DNA of 64,000 bases from contig OZ024742.1 in assembly GCA_964016885.1 (NCBI GenBank), positions 193,440,001 to 193,504,000 on the forward strand, read 5' to 3'. Shown in pieces: positions 41,106-52,254 of this stretch. The position numbers and the translations under genes are program-made. The notes beneath the pieces were generated by a model, which was given only the letters and a program-made list of their open reading frames with translations, was not told where the DNA came from and made no database searches. The DNA comes from Eledone cirrhosa. Its lineage: Eukaryota. Numbering within the stretch: position 1 is the first letter of the stretch; each line of letters begins with the position of its first letter.

Positions 41106-41258
41106 GTTATTATTATTATTATTATTATTATTCGTCTTCTTCTTCTCCTTCTTCTTCTTCTTCTTCTTCTTCTTCGTCGTCTTCTTCTTCTTCTTCTTCT
41201 TCTTCTTCTTCTTCTTCTTCTTCTTCTTCGTCTTCTTCTTCTTCTTCTTCTTTTTCTT

Positions 41259-41289
<31 letters not shown>

Positions 41290-41315
41290 TTATTATTATT
41301 ATTATTATTATTATT
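41055..41315. repeat. (TTA)n-(TTC)n-(TTA)n spacer between the two LINE copies
   Basis: Seen directly. Confidence 0.95.
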
Positions 41316-41528
41316 GAATGCCATGGTTGACGGAGGCTCGGCTCTGTAAGGTATAGTAATTTTTAACCGTTAAAACAATTGTAAATTGTTTAAAACTTGA
41401 ACCAAATTGTTGATAAAGACACCCTCCTCCTCGTGAGAGGGGTCTTTCTGTCCATTATTTGGCCCTTCGGGGTTAAATAACCAGTTATTGGGGTTTTGTA
41501 CCCAAAATTTCATTTTAAACAAAAAAAC

Positions 41529-43625
41529 ATGGCTACCAAAAAGAAATTTCATACGTCACTCCCACTCATTCCGTCTTCTTCTTCCTCAATCATCACTACA
41601 GCAGAGAGAAGATTGTCTCTCTCCCTCCCTTCTTTAAATGTGTCTCTCTCCCTCCCTTCTCTTTCGCAAGCGACGAAAGAAAAGAAAAGTCTCGTGCAAA
41701 GCGTGCAAGGTTTCTCCACGACGACGACGACAGCGACGAAACAGGTGTGCGGGAAACACGAAAACCCAGTTCATTCGTCTGACGTCAGGAATAATAGCAG
41801 TAGCAGCCGTAATAACAACAGCAACAGTGACAATGAAAACAACAGTAGCAGCCGCAACAGCATCACCAGCAGCATAAACAACAACAGCATTAGCAGCAGC
41901 AACACCAACAACAACCACAGCAACAGCGGCGGAGGCAGTAGTCGTAGTACCTGCAGCAACAACAAAAGTACCAGCAGCTCTGACGACAACAACAACAGCA
42001 GAGAAAAACCAATCTCATTTGCAGGTATTGCGAAAAATTTGGAAACAATCCTCATAACAAATGAGGAATTAGAGGAAGCGAAGAAGATGGTGACAAAGAA
42101 CGGACACCGAGCAATCTGCAAGGCAGCGAAAAGTTTTTTCGAAACCCAAGAGCACTGTACGGTCACGTACCGTACAGTAAGTACAAAATCCCGTAGGGTG
42201 GAAAGAGCCACAGAGGCCCAAATACAAAAAGCCTTGGGGTCTGTGTGGCAGAGGAAAACGCACATCACCCGAGGCAAAAAATACGCCACCGTAGACGTAC
42301 TTTTTGCCACACCCCAGGAGGCAAAGGCCCAATCAGTAGTGACCCTAAGGAGCGAGGAAATGGTGTTGGTGCCCTCCTACTGCGGGCAAAAAATTGTGAG
42401 GGTCAAACTGACCCACGTCCCCCCCGGAATGACCCCTTCTTGGCTGGCCGCGTCTGTCCTCGTCGGAATCGAGGACAAAACAACTGTACTGCAAGTACAG
42501 AAAAAAGTAAGAGAAGATTGGGTCGGCTCCTCCATTGAGATGCTAATCCAAACCAACCAGGAGTGCATCGAAGCTATCCCGGATGTGATAGACTTCGATA
42601 ACGGCACTCAACTGCCCATAAGTGTTGAGGGCAAACGCCCGAAATGCTTTCGCTGTGGATCGAAGACTCACCTCAGGGCCTTCTGCAACGAGAAGACCCT
42701 GAGAAAGGAGAAAACCCCCCTCCTTCCGAATCCGGCTCCACGGCTACCAGCAACAGGACAAGCGGCAACCAGGAACGATAGGTCCGTGGCACCCATACCC
42801 ACTCCACGGAAATCAAAGACAGCAGCAGCAGTGGAAATATTAACAACAACAACAGCAATACCAAATGCAGCTGCAACAGAGACTCCAGTGCAAACATCAC
42901 CAACAACAACAAGTGAAAGAGTGGAGCTGGTACCCCTCCCCGACCTTACAGAATCAGACATGGAGTGTGAGGTGGGAGAGGGATGGCAAAAGGTCGCAAG
43001 AAGGCACAAACGCAGAAGCAGCGCATCGTCGCCTTTGAAAAGGGAGGAAAGAAATGAGAAAAGGGTAAAGTCTACTGCAAAGAGACCCACAGCAGCAACA
43101 CCACCAACACCATCACCACCCACACCAGCACCACCATCACCACCGGCGACAACCCCACCGCCAACAACACCTTCAACACCACCACCACAAGCACCAACAT
43201 CGCAAACACAACAACAAAACACACACACCCAGCAACAACGACAAGAAAATAGCAGAACCACACCCCACCCCCAGAAAAACAAATGCACGGCAATAAACAC
43301 ACACAACAAGAAACTAATGACTTACATAATTGAACACACAGACATTTCACAACAGGACTACATAATACCAGCACCAATCAAAACGCCAACTAACATAAGA
43401 CTGCTAAAAATAGCACAGAAACAATACACAAACATTAAAACGAAATTCCCCAACGCAGTTGGTGATTTCAGTGACCTAGGAGGAACCATCAATCGAAGAG
43501 TATATTCAGACATTCTCTTAGAAGAGCCGACGACCAGCCGAAGGGACGATTCAACGGTCCCTTCACCAGACGATCAAGTGAAAAGGGATGTAAAAACCAT
43601 CCCTCCTCTACCAAAAGTACGGTAA
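41529..43625 (+). CDS. LINE ORF1, copy 2
   Basis: Same length as copy 1 from the homologous ATG (MATKKKF), few substitutions. Confidence 0.9.
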   Translation: MATKKKFHTSLPLIPSSSSSIITTAERRLSLSLPSLNVSLSLPSLSQATKEKKSLVQSVQGFSTTTTTATKQVCGKHENPVHSSDVRNNSSSSRNNNSNSDNENNSSSRNSITSSINNNSISSSNTNNNHSNSGGGSSRSTCSNNKSTSSSDDNNNSREKPISFAGIAKNLETILITNEELEEAKKMVTKNGHRAICKAAKSFFETQEHCTVTYRTVSTKSRRVERATEAQIQKALGSVWQRKTHITRGKKYATVDVLFATPQEAKAQSVVTLRSEEMVLVPSYCGQKIVRVKLTHVPPGMTPSWLAASVLVGIEDKTTVLQVQKKVREDWVGSSIEMLIQTNQECIEAIPDVIDFDNGTQLPISVEGKRPKCFRCGSKTHLRAFCNEKTLRKEKTPLLPNPAPRLPATGQAATRNDRSVAPIPTPRKSKTAAAVEILTTTTAIPNAAATETPVQTSPTTTSERVELVPLPDLTESDMECEVGEGWQKVARRHKRRSSASSPLKREERNEKRVKSTAKRPTAATPPTPSPPTPAPPSPPATTPPPTTPSTPPPQAPTSQTQQQNTHTQQQRQENSRTTPHPQKNKCTAINTHNKKLMTYIIEHTDISQQDYIIPAPIKTPTNIRLLKIAQKQYTNIKTKFPNAVGDFSDLGGTINRRVYSDILLEEPTTSRRDDSTVPSPDDQVKRDVKTIPPLPKVR

Positions 43626-43660
43626 GTGGTCTTTCCCATCTTTTCCACTCTATTTTAAAC

Positions 43661-46600
43661 ATGACCTCACTCAGAATAGGCAGCATAAATGCGCGTGGCT
43701 TGGGGTCGTCATGGAAGCAGGGTCACCTGCTCAACGACCTCAGGTCACTAAACATAGATGTAGTGGCCATCAGCGAGACCAGAATCTCCGAAGCACGGGC
43801 CTTCGCACCGATCTTCGGCGGCTACGATGTGTACGCATCTCCCAGCCGTCCTGGATCGGGTGGAGGAGTTGCTGTGCTTTTTCGGAGGGTTTGGATCTCG
43901 CCATACGGGCCATCTTCCTGGACCCAGAGGGTAAGCTGGTGGTGCTGGACGTGACCAGCGGAGACGGGCAAGCTTTCAGGCTAGTGGCCGTCTATGCCCC
44001 GACAGGAGCAGGGCGGCCTGATTTCTTCCGGCGTCTGGAGACCTTTCTTGGAACGTCCCGCTCTTTAGTGTTAGTGGGCGACTGGAACGGGATCTTAGAT
44101 GCACGCTGGGACTGTGTGGGATTAGCGGATAGGGGTGGAGGGTGCAAGAGCCTCACCAACCTGCTCAGGCGTTTTGAACTGTCTGACAGGTACCGATTGG
44201 ATTTCCCGAATGTGCCAATGTGGACTTGGACAAACCGCATAGGGTCATCCAGATCATATCTAGATAGAGTATTTTGTAGGGAAATAGATAGGTCTAGCAT
44301 AGGCTGTCCACAATTCAAGATAGTCAGCTACACGGACCACAAATTTGTGATCTGTGTGCTTGACTTAGATAGGCTTCATAGACGAGGACCCGGCTACTGG
44401 AAGCTAAACGCGTCCTTACCAGCGCGCAAGGCCTACAGAGACCGGATTAGCGAACTAGTTAAGCGGGCGTTGACGGGGGCCATCGTCAACAACAAGTGGT
44501 GGTTTGCTCTGAAAAGAGCGATTAGAATAGAATCGATTAGGTTTAGTAAGGCTTTAGCAATAGAGAAAAATAGAGCAGAGGGAGAACTAGTTAGAAAATT
44601 AGACGAGGCGCTTAGCAAAGGCATTGCGACCGACGTGCTTGCGGCGAAATTGGCCCTTGACCAATTCTTCAATGCAAAGCACGAAGGCTGCGTTGTCAGA
44701 GCTAGGGTGCGTGCTCTCAGACACGAGGGGACGAAAGCCGTTCAATGGGCCCGAGTGGCGGAGGCGCGTCGTGGCAACAAAGCCACGATCCGGTCTTTGG
44801 TGGACCACGACGGGCGCATGCTACTCGATCCCGGGCAAATGTGTGAAGCTTTTCAGCAACACTTCGCTCAGCTGTTCGGGGGCAGCGGGGGGCCGGGTAG
44901 AGGGATGGACTTTAGTGTCTACCTCGACGGACTGCCGCGGCTCTCGGCCACTGAGGCGAAGTGTTGCGAAAAGCCGATAACAGCCGCTGAAGTAAGGGAG
45001 GCGATGACTGGCTGCACAAGGGGCAAATCGCCTGGTTTGGATGGTCTGCCCTATGAACTTTACGTACAGATGCCAGACTTGTTCGGAGGCCTCTTGGCGG
45101 ACGTCTACTGCAACTGGCAACAGAACGGGAGAATTCCCAGTTCTGTGAGCCGAGGAGCGGTGGCACTGCTGAGAAAGGATCCGAACAAGGGGGATAACAT
45201 AGACAATTTCCGGCCCATAACTCTGCTAAACACAGAGTTTAAGATTTTGGCCAAGGTGCTAGCAAAGAGGTTGGCGCTTGTCGTTGGTGGTCTGGTGGGA
45301 GAGGCGCAGACATGCGCCATTCCCGACAGATCCATCCACGACAACCTCCACCTCATGCGATACATCGTAGAGAGGGTAGCTAGGGAACCTGGCACGGGTG
45401 GGTCCTTGATCAATTTAGATCAGTCGAAAGCTTTCGATAGGGTCGACCATCGTTACCTAGCGGCAGTCCTGAGGGCGGCTGGCTTTGGGCCCGTCTTCAG
45501 AGGCTGGATCGCTGCCATGCACAGCGACATCTGCTCTGTGGTGAGAGTGAACGGTCACCTGTCGGAACCGTTCAACATCATGCGCTCGGTCCGCCAAGGA
45601 TGTCCCCTCTCGTCCCTCTTGTACGTATTGACTCTCGAGCCATTACTGCACAAACTGGAGACGTTGAGGGGAGTCCCGCGCGAACTAGGATGCGGAAGAT
45701 CCGTGTCAGCATATGCGGACGATGTCACCGTAGTGGTGTCGAACGCCAAACACATCGAGGCGATCGGCACTACACTAAGAGAATACGAAGCGGTGACAGG
45801 AGCAATGATCAACCAGGAAAAGTCAGTGGGCCTGCAGCTCGGCACCTGGAGAGGCAGGTCCATGCCGTCCAACAGCGTCGTCGGGCGCTGGACGGACGGA
45901 CCGGTTAAATTGCTAGGGGTCTGGTTCGGTCCGGACCTCCAGACGGACAAAAACTGGGACGAGGTGACGAGCAGGGTGGCTTCTCTCACCCAGAAATGGG
46001 CGGAGAGGAAGCTATCCCTGAAAGGTCGAGCGGAGGTGGCTAACGCGTACATCGCGTCTGTCATCTGCTACCGCCTAACCGTCGTACCTTGTCCTAAGCC
46101 TCGCCTGACTGCGCTGGAGCGTTTGCTCTTTCGCTTTTTGTGGAAGGGACGTGCTCCGATGGTCAGGCGGTCCATCTGTTGTCAACACCCGCTACGTGGA
46201 GGGCTGGGCATGCCGTGGCTGATGATGCGCAGGCACGCGCTCAGGCTACGACATCTCCACCTCTTCCTCGACGGTGATCAGGTGTGGTCGCCGTTTGCTA
46301 GACGCGTTTTTCCCCAGCTCGTTTCCTTGACGGAGCTGCAGTCCTGGGTCAAGCGAAGACCGAGAGGGAGCGCCTGGAGACTGGAATGTCTTCAGGCGCT
46401 CACAGCCCTCGACCAATCGGGCAATGTGATCGGTGGAAACTCCACCTCGGCGTTCTATAGAGGATTAGTGGAGGGGAAGAGCGACGACGTACTTGGGGAA
46501 ACTCTAGGCGTCGACGAAAATCAACTAGCCAATCTCTTCGGAAGAACTTTCGGGCCAGGGCCTATGGACAACTTCCAGAAATCTCTGGCCTGGCAGTGCT

Positions 46601-47079
46601 ACCGAGGAGCCTTGCCAGTTCGGGATAAACTCTACAGGCATGGAGGTGCCGTCAGCCGGGCATGTCCGAGATGCGCGCAGGGCGACGAAACCGTCCTGCA
46701 CGCACTCGTCCAGTGTCCGAAAATTGCTGACTTGTGGGTTTATGTCGAACACCTGCTGTCGCGTTTAGGACGGATCCAGCTATCATCTGAGTCTATCGTG
46801 AGGATTGCCCCGCCCTCCTCCTTTAGCCGGGAAGGGCAGGCAGTTTTTATCTGTCTGGTGGCCATGGCGAAAGAGATAGTATGGTGGACACGTTTGAAAG
46901 GGCTGAAGACGAGCACTTACCTCTTCGGTGATGCTCTGATTGACTTTTTCAAATTTCATTTGAAAAGGAAAATCAGAGTAGAGAAGGAAGTGCTCTCTTC
47001 CCAGCATTTTGTTGAAAGATGGGTGAGAGAAGCAAGAATGGCCCGAGTGAATGGGCCGACTCTGAGTATATATCTGTAA
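43661..47079 (+). pseudogene. LINE ORF2, copy 2, single frameshift in the EN domain
   Basis: CGGAGGGTTT versus CGGAGAGGTTT in copy 1; split into ORFs 43661-43954 and 43711-47079. Confidence 0.88.
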
Positions 47080-47339
47080 ACTAAAGGTGGAAAACTGGGA
47101 GAGGGCACTTGCCTTGGTGGTCAGGGTCATTGTGGCTTTTTACTGGGCTTTCTCCACAAATGTCCCTCCGAAGTCTCCCCCCTATTGGGGAATTTTTCAT
47201 TGTTATTTTCATTGTTATTTTTGTTACATCCTCTGTTTTTGTTTTTTTACACGCAGAAATGCCCATTTGTACCGTCCTGCATTGTCCTGCACTGTCCTTA
47301 ATGTCTACTTTATGTAAACCCTTGTGGTTAATAAAGAAA

Positions 47340-47341
<2 letters not shown>

Positions 47342-47392
<51 letters not shown>
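47342..47392. repeat. (ATT)n/(TAA)n tract shared as the 3' tail of two opposed LINEs
   Basis: Seen directly. Confidence 0.9.
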
Positions 47393-50300
47393 TGCATTTA
47401 TCTTGCTTTATCTTCATACGAGTTATCACCAAGTCACAACCAGTGACCTCAAGAGACAACAAGGTCCGCCATGTTCAAGAAAGAACATACATATTCACAC
47501 ATGCATCCTTAGTGTTTAGACTTGTGATGTACTTATATTGACAGAATATTCCTTAGTATATGGGCAGTTCCCATTAGTACTATCTTTTGTATTTCTCCTA
47601 TACGCGGGTTTCCTGGGATTTGCGATAAGTAAGCATTAGACCCCTTAGGTATCATTCCCAGAGCGCCTACAACCACTGGTATTGTTTTAGTTCTCAATTT
47701 CCACATTTTTCCAATTTCTATCCCCAGGTCCTTATACTTGCTCAATTTTTCAAATGTTTTTATAGATACATTCTTGTCTATTGGAACAGACATATCAATT
47801 AGCAGGCATACCCTCCTTTGAAAGTCCTTCAATATTATATCAGGTCTATTTGCATCTATTTTTCGGTCTGTTTGGATGCTAAAGTTCCACAAGATTGAGA
47901 TGTGATCTTTTTCAAGTATGGGAGGTGGTTGATGTTCCCACCAATTCTTTTGATGGGGCAGGTCAAAATGCTTACACATTATCCAATGTATGTATTGTGC
48001 AGCTCTGTCATGCCTGTTTAGGTATTCGGTTGGAGCTATAGGACTGCACATTAAAATTATATGGTCAATGGTCTCTGGTTGTTTTTTGCATACACGGCAT
48101 AATGGGCTGCACCCATTTTTTATTATGTTGGCTTGGTAATTTTTTGTTGGCAGACACTGATCTTGTGCGGATATAATCAGTCCTTCAGTCTCCGATTTCA
48201 GTCCAGAGGATGCCAACCACTGATGGGTTAAAGTTTTGTCAACATTAGGATTGTTAGCTCGCTCTGGGTATTTTCCATACAGAGGCTTTTCTTTCCATTT
48301 CTTAGCCAGTTTCTGTAGCAGTTCTTTCTTTGCAGTTACTTTTACCTGCTTTGCTTTTTCTGTGTTTTCCATTTCAGCAGTAAATGGGACTTCTGAAATT
48401 TGTAGTCCATTACTGTATCTTTGTGCATCTTTTGTAATGAAATATGATCTTTTGGTGCTTTCGTGTTTCAAAACGAGTTTGATCATCCAATCATGTGATT
48501 CCCTTAGATATGTGGATAATCCAATTGTTGCAGTTTTCAACGCATTATCTAACTGGATTAACCCACGTCCTCCTTCTTTCCTAGGGAGATATATTCTATC
48601 TATGTCTGCCTTAGGGTGATGCATTCTGTGCATGGTTAAGAATTTTCGGATTTTTGTATCGAGCCTACAGATCCCTGTGCTTGACCAGTTGATGACATTG
48701 TAACTGTAGGTTACTACTGGTATGGCAAGCGTGTTTATGGCATCGATCCTATTCCTTGTATTCAATTCCGTTCTTAAGATTGCTCTGACTCTGCGGTAAC
48801 ATTCCTTCCTTATCCTTTCCCTCATTGTCGAGTGCTTGATTCCGTCTCCTTCACAAACACCTAGATATTTGTAAGTTTGTTCTTGATCAAGCTCTCTTAT
48901 CACGTTCCCCCGATCAAGATTAATGTCTGAACTCTTCAGCAGCTTTCCTCTGGTGAACGTTGCTTTGGCGCATTTATCCAGTCCAAACTCCATTTTAATG
49001 TCATCACTGAACTGCTTCATAGTGGATAATAGCCCTTGCAATTGTTCATCATTTTTTGCAAATAGTTTCAGGTCATCCATGTAGAACAGGTGATTAATGG
49101 TTTTGTCATAGACTCTATATCCATGTTTTGTTTCATTGAGCATTTTACTTAATGGTATAAGTGCGATGCAGAATAAAAGCGGTGATAAAGAGTCACCCTG
49201 AAAAATTCCACAATTAATGTTAACTTCTCCAGCTTCCAGTGATTTTGTTTCACTATTCAAAAGGAGTGTCGTTCTCCATGTCCTCATACTGAATGACAAA
49301 AACCTCCTGACAACGGGGGATATTTTGAAAATCTCTAAACATTTTTCAATCCAACTGTGTGGCAAACTATCAAATACTTTTTTATAATCTATCCAAGCAA
49401 TCGATAGATTTTTGTGTCTATTATGACAATCTTCCAGTATCATTTTGTTAACCTGAAGCTGATCCTTACAGCCATATGAGCCTCGTTTACACCCTTTCTG
49501 CTCAATGGGAAATAGGTCATTTGTTATCAGGTGGTCATATGTGTATTCAGTTAGGACTGATGTTAAAATTTTATACATTGTGGTCAAGCAGGTTATCGGT
49601 CTGTAATTTTTGGGATTGTTTGTCTCATCATTCTTCGGTAGCAGGAATGTAATGCCGTTAACTAGCCATGATGGTATCTTTTCTGGCTCCTTAACTATTT
49701 CATTGTAAAGTTGGGCTAACAGCTCATGAGACTCTGTGAAGGCATTTATCCAAAAGTTTTGTATTTTGTCTTTTCCTGGGGATTTCCATTTGCTGGTTTT
49801 TCTTAGAGCCAAGCGCAGCTGTTCAACTGTTATATTTTCCCATGTTTGTTCTTCAAGGTGAGCTGTTTCTTTCATTTGTCTGTCTATCCATGGGGCATGT
49901 ATGTTATGAACTTTTTCTTCGGCCCAGATCTTTTCCCAGAATTCTTGCACTTCCTCCTTGGGTGGTATTGATTTAGCAGTTATTGTTGACTTACCAATTT
50001 TTCTGTAGAAGTTTCTTTGGTTGTTTTTGAACATATTATTGTCCGTATAGAATCTAGATCGTTTTTCAAAGCGCCTTATACGAGCAGCTTTGGCCGACAC
50101 TTTTTGCTTGATTGTTTCTATCAGCATGTCTATGTCACATGTTGATCTTATACTGTACTTTTTTTTCAATTTTCTAAGTTTAGTTTGTTTAACATGTTCA
50201 CCTACTTTATAGTTTGTTAAAATTTCTATGTCAGATCGGAGAAGGTTTATTTGGCGATTGATGTTATCTTGCCAAGTAGATTTCTTGTGGGAATTCCTTT

Positions 50301-52232
50301 GTTTTTTCATCTTCACTCCACATAAGTGAGTGGTGACTTTAGCCGATGCATAATAGAGATGATTTAAATCAGTAATGTTTAGTTTGTTTGTGATGATAAT
50401 GTTTTTGAGAATTATGTTAGTCTTGTGTATTATATTTTGGTTCTGTTTGGAGTTCTGGATCTTAGGGAGGGTGTCTCGTTCCCCCATGTCAGATTCTTTC
50501 ATTTGCATCCATTCGATCATAATTTCATCCTTCAAGTTGGCAAGTTCATTCTCATTCATTTCTTTATCATTTACGATCTCATTATTTTCATTTGGAGTTT
50601 CATCCTGAGCATGCACTCCCTCCACTTTTTGGCTCCTTTCTTTAATTTGTTCTGTTGCCAGTGATTCCGCCCCAACCCTGGGATTCGAAGTGTTACAGTT
50701 TACCTCGTTTTCACTGACACATGCTTCATTTTCCCTTCGCTGACTTTGTGCTACTAGCTTGATCTGATCAATTTCTATATCAGTTAGTAAATTTTTTCTT
50801 ACAATATTTCTTCGTATATTGGCTAGTTTGTTGCTGTCAATATAGCCTCTGTTTTCGGGATGTTTCTTTTTCCAGTTGATATATGTTTGTTCTGTATTCG
50901 ATGTATTTGATGGGTAGTACATGGCAGTGTAGAAAGCCTCAAGGACTTCTTGAGGCTTTCTACACTTTCTACACTTTCTTCCCTTGACCATTTTTCTCTC
51001 TTTTTCTTTGGATTTCTTGGTGGTGAGCATGGAGGGCCAACAGTAGGAGTATTCCGGTTATGGGAGGTCTCCAGCTCCGAAGTGATGGGAAGGTTTGAAC
51101 CATTAGCTGATTTTCCGACCCCAGTCTGGTTCCTCTCTGAGGGACGCGGCCCCTTTTTACCCGGGTGACGGCCGATCCGGTATGAGATTTCATCATTAGA
51201 CATCTACTTTATTTTGTCGCGTTTTATCCTTATCCGCCAAGGGGTAATCATTTCGTGTTACCACTTCTAGAAGGAGTGTCAACCAAGACTAGAGGGGTCG
51301 TTTTCCCCTAGAGACATGGCTATTCCCCGCCGGCCGCCATCCCGGTATTTCTTGGTCACGGGGTTTTCTTTTTGTTGTTTTTTTTAAATTGTTATTATCA
51401 TGAGTGTTTCCTTAATGTGAGCATTGCGTGGCTTAAGAATGAAATTATTAATAATTGTCTCCACTCCAGGCACAAGGCCAGCAATCACCCAGTGCATTAC
51501 AATAATATAATATACTTTTTGTTGTAGTTGGCTGTTATTGTTGTTTGCTATGTCGGTGGTGGTGCCGGGGCATTTTATATTGTTGGTGAGGAAGGGGTGA
51601 GCCAGCAGTCCCATAATTGTTGATGTAGACGTTTGTCCGTGGCAAGGTCACCAAGTCAATCTATTTATATCTTTTGCTAGCCTCTCTCTTGTCTAGTGCT
51701 ACCGCCACCTTCCCTTTTCTCTCTCAAGTTAACAGGGGAATAGTGTCAGTAGCATTGAATGAGTGTTGGCGGGGGGTGATGGATGTGGTGGGGTGGTGGC
51801 AGCGGTGGTGTTGTGGTTACTGATATAGTATCTATGAGTTTGTGTTCGTATGTTTAATATATATTTTCATTATATTTTGTGTTGACATATTCCCGTAAAA
51901 TTTGAATTAAACATTTTTTTAAATTTGAGACAATAATAATAGTAATTATTATTATGATGCCGGTGAAGTTGCCGTTATATTTAGTGTGATGGGATAGGTA
52001 GTGTATCAAGTTTCTGGTGTTGGTGAAATTGAAATTGCCGCTGTTCTATATAGTGTAGACAGAGGGTGTTTTGTTCCATTTATAACCATTTTCTTTTTTT
52101 GAATACAAAATATATAATACAAAATTGAATATTTGAGCGATACAACAATATAATATGGATCCGAAACTTTATGGGACCTCATTCGGTGCCTTTATGCAAC
52201 ATTTGTGCTAAGAATTGTTCTTTCACAATTGA
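47393..52232 (-). mobile_element. R4/Dong-type non-LTR retrotransposon (RT + restriction-like endonuclease), copy 1
   Basis: Single long ORF, ~140-nt 3' UTR, (TAA)n tail; ~1-kb upstream region shared with copy 2; 5' end approximate. Confidence 0.9.
47533..51203 (-). CDS. R4/Dong ORF: RT + CCHC + RLE; likely true start MSNDEIS (51203) cut off by a frameshift near 50950
   Basis: WKSPGKD, NYRPITCL, WIDYKKVFDS, GIFQGDSLSP, YMDD, CRVCKKQPETIDHIILMC, RHD, RPDII..IDMSVP..K..KY; open from 51030 to 47533. Confidence 0.88.
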
Positions 52233-52254
52233 ATTATTATTATTATTATTATTA

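Larger units (their letters stand above)
41316..47341 (+). mobile_element. Full-length L1/Tx1-type retrotransposon, copy 2 (ORF2 frameshifted)
   Basis: Near-identical to copy 1 end to end; 1-nt deletion near 43887; 12-nt duplication in the 3' UTR. Confidence 0.95.

Noticed and set aside
43711-43890. Novel N-terminus (MEAGSPAQRP..) on ORF2 copy 2
   Set aside because: Produced by the 1-nt deletion; the same frame is a short closed ORF in copy 1.
35358-47130. Antisense and overlapping ORFs inside the Tx1 copies (for example 36392-37033, 39280-39789)
   Set aside because: Shadow ORFs of biased or GC-rich coding sequence; they recur only because the element is duplicated.
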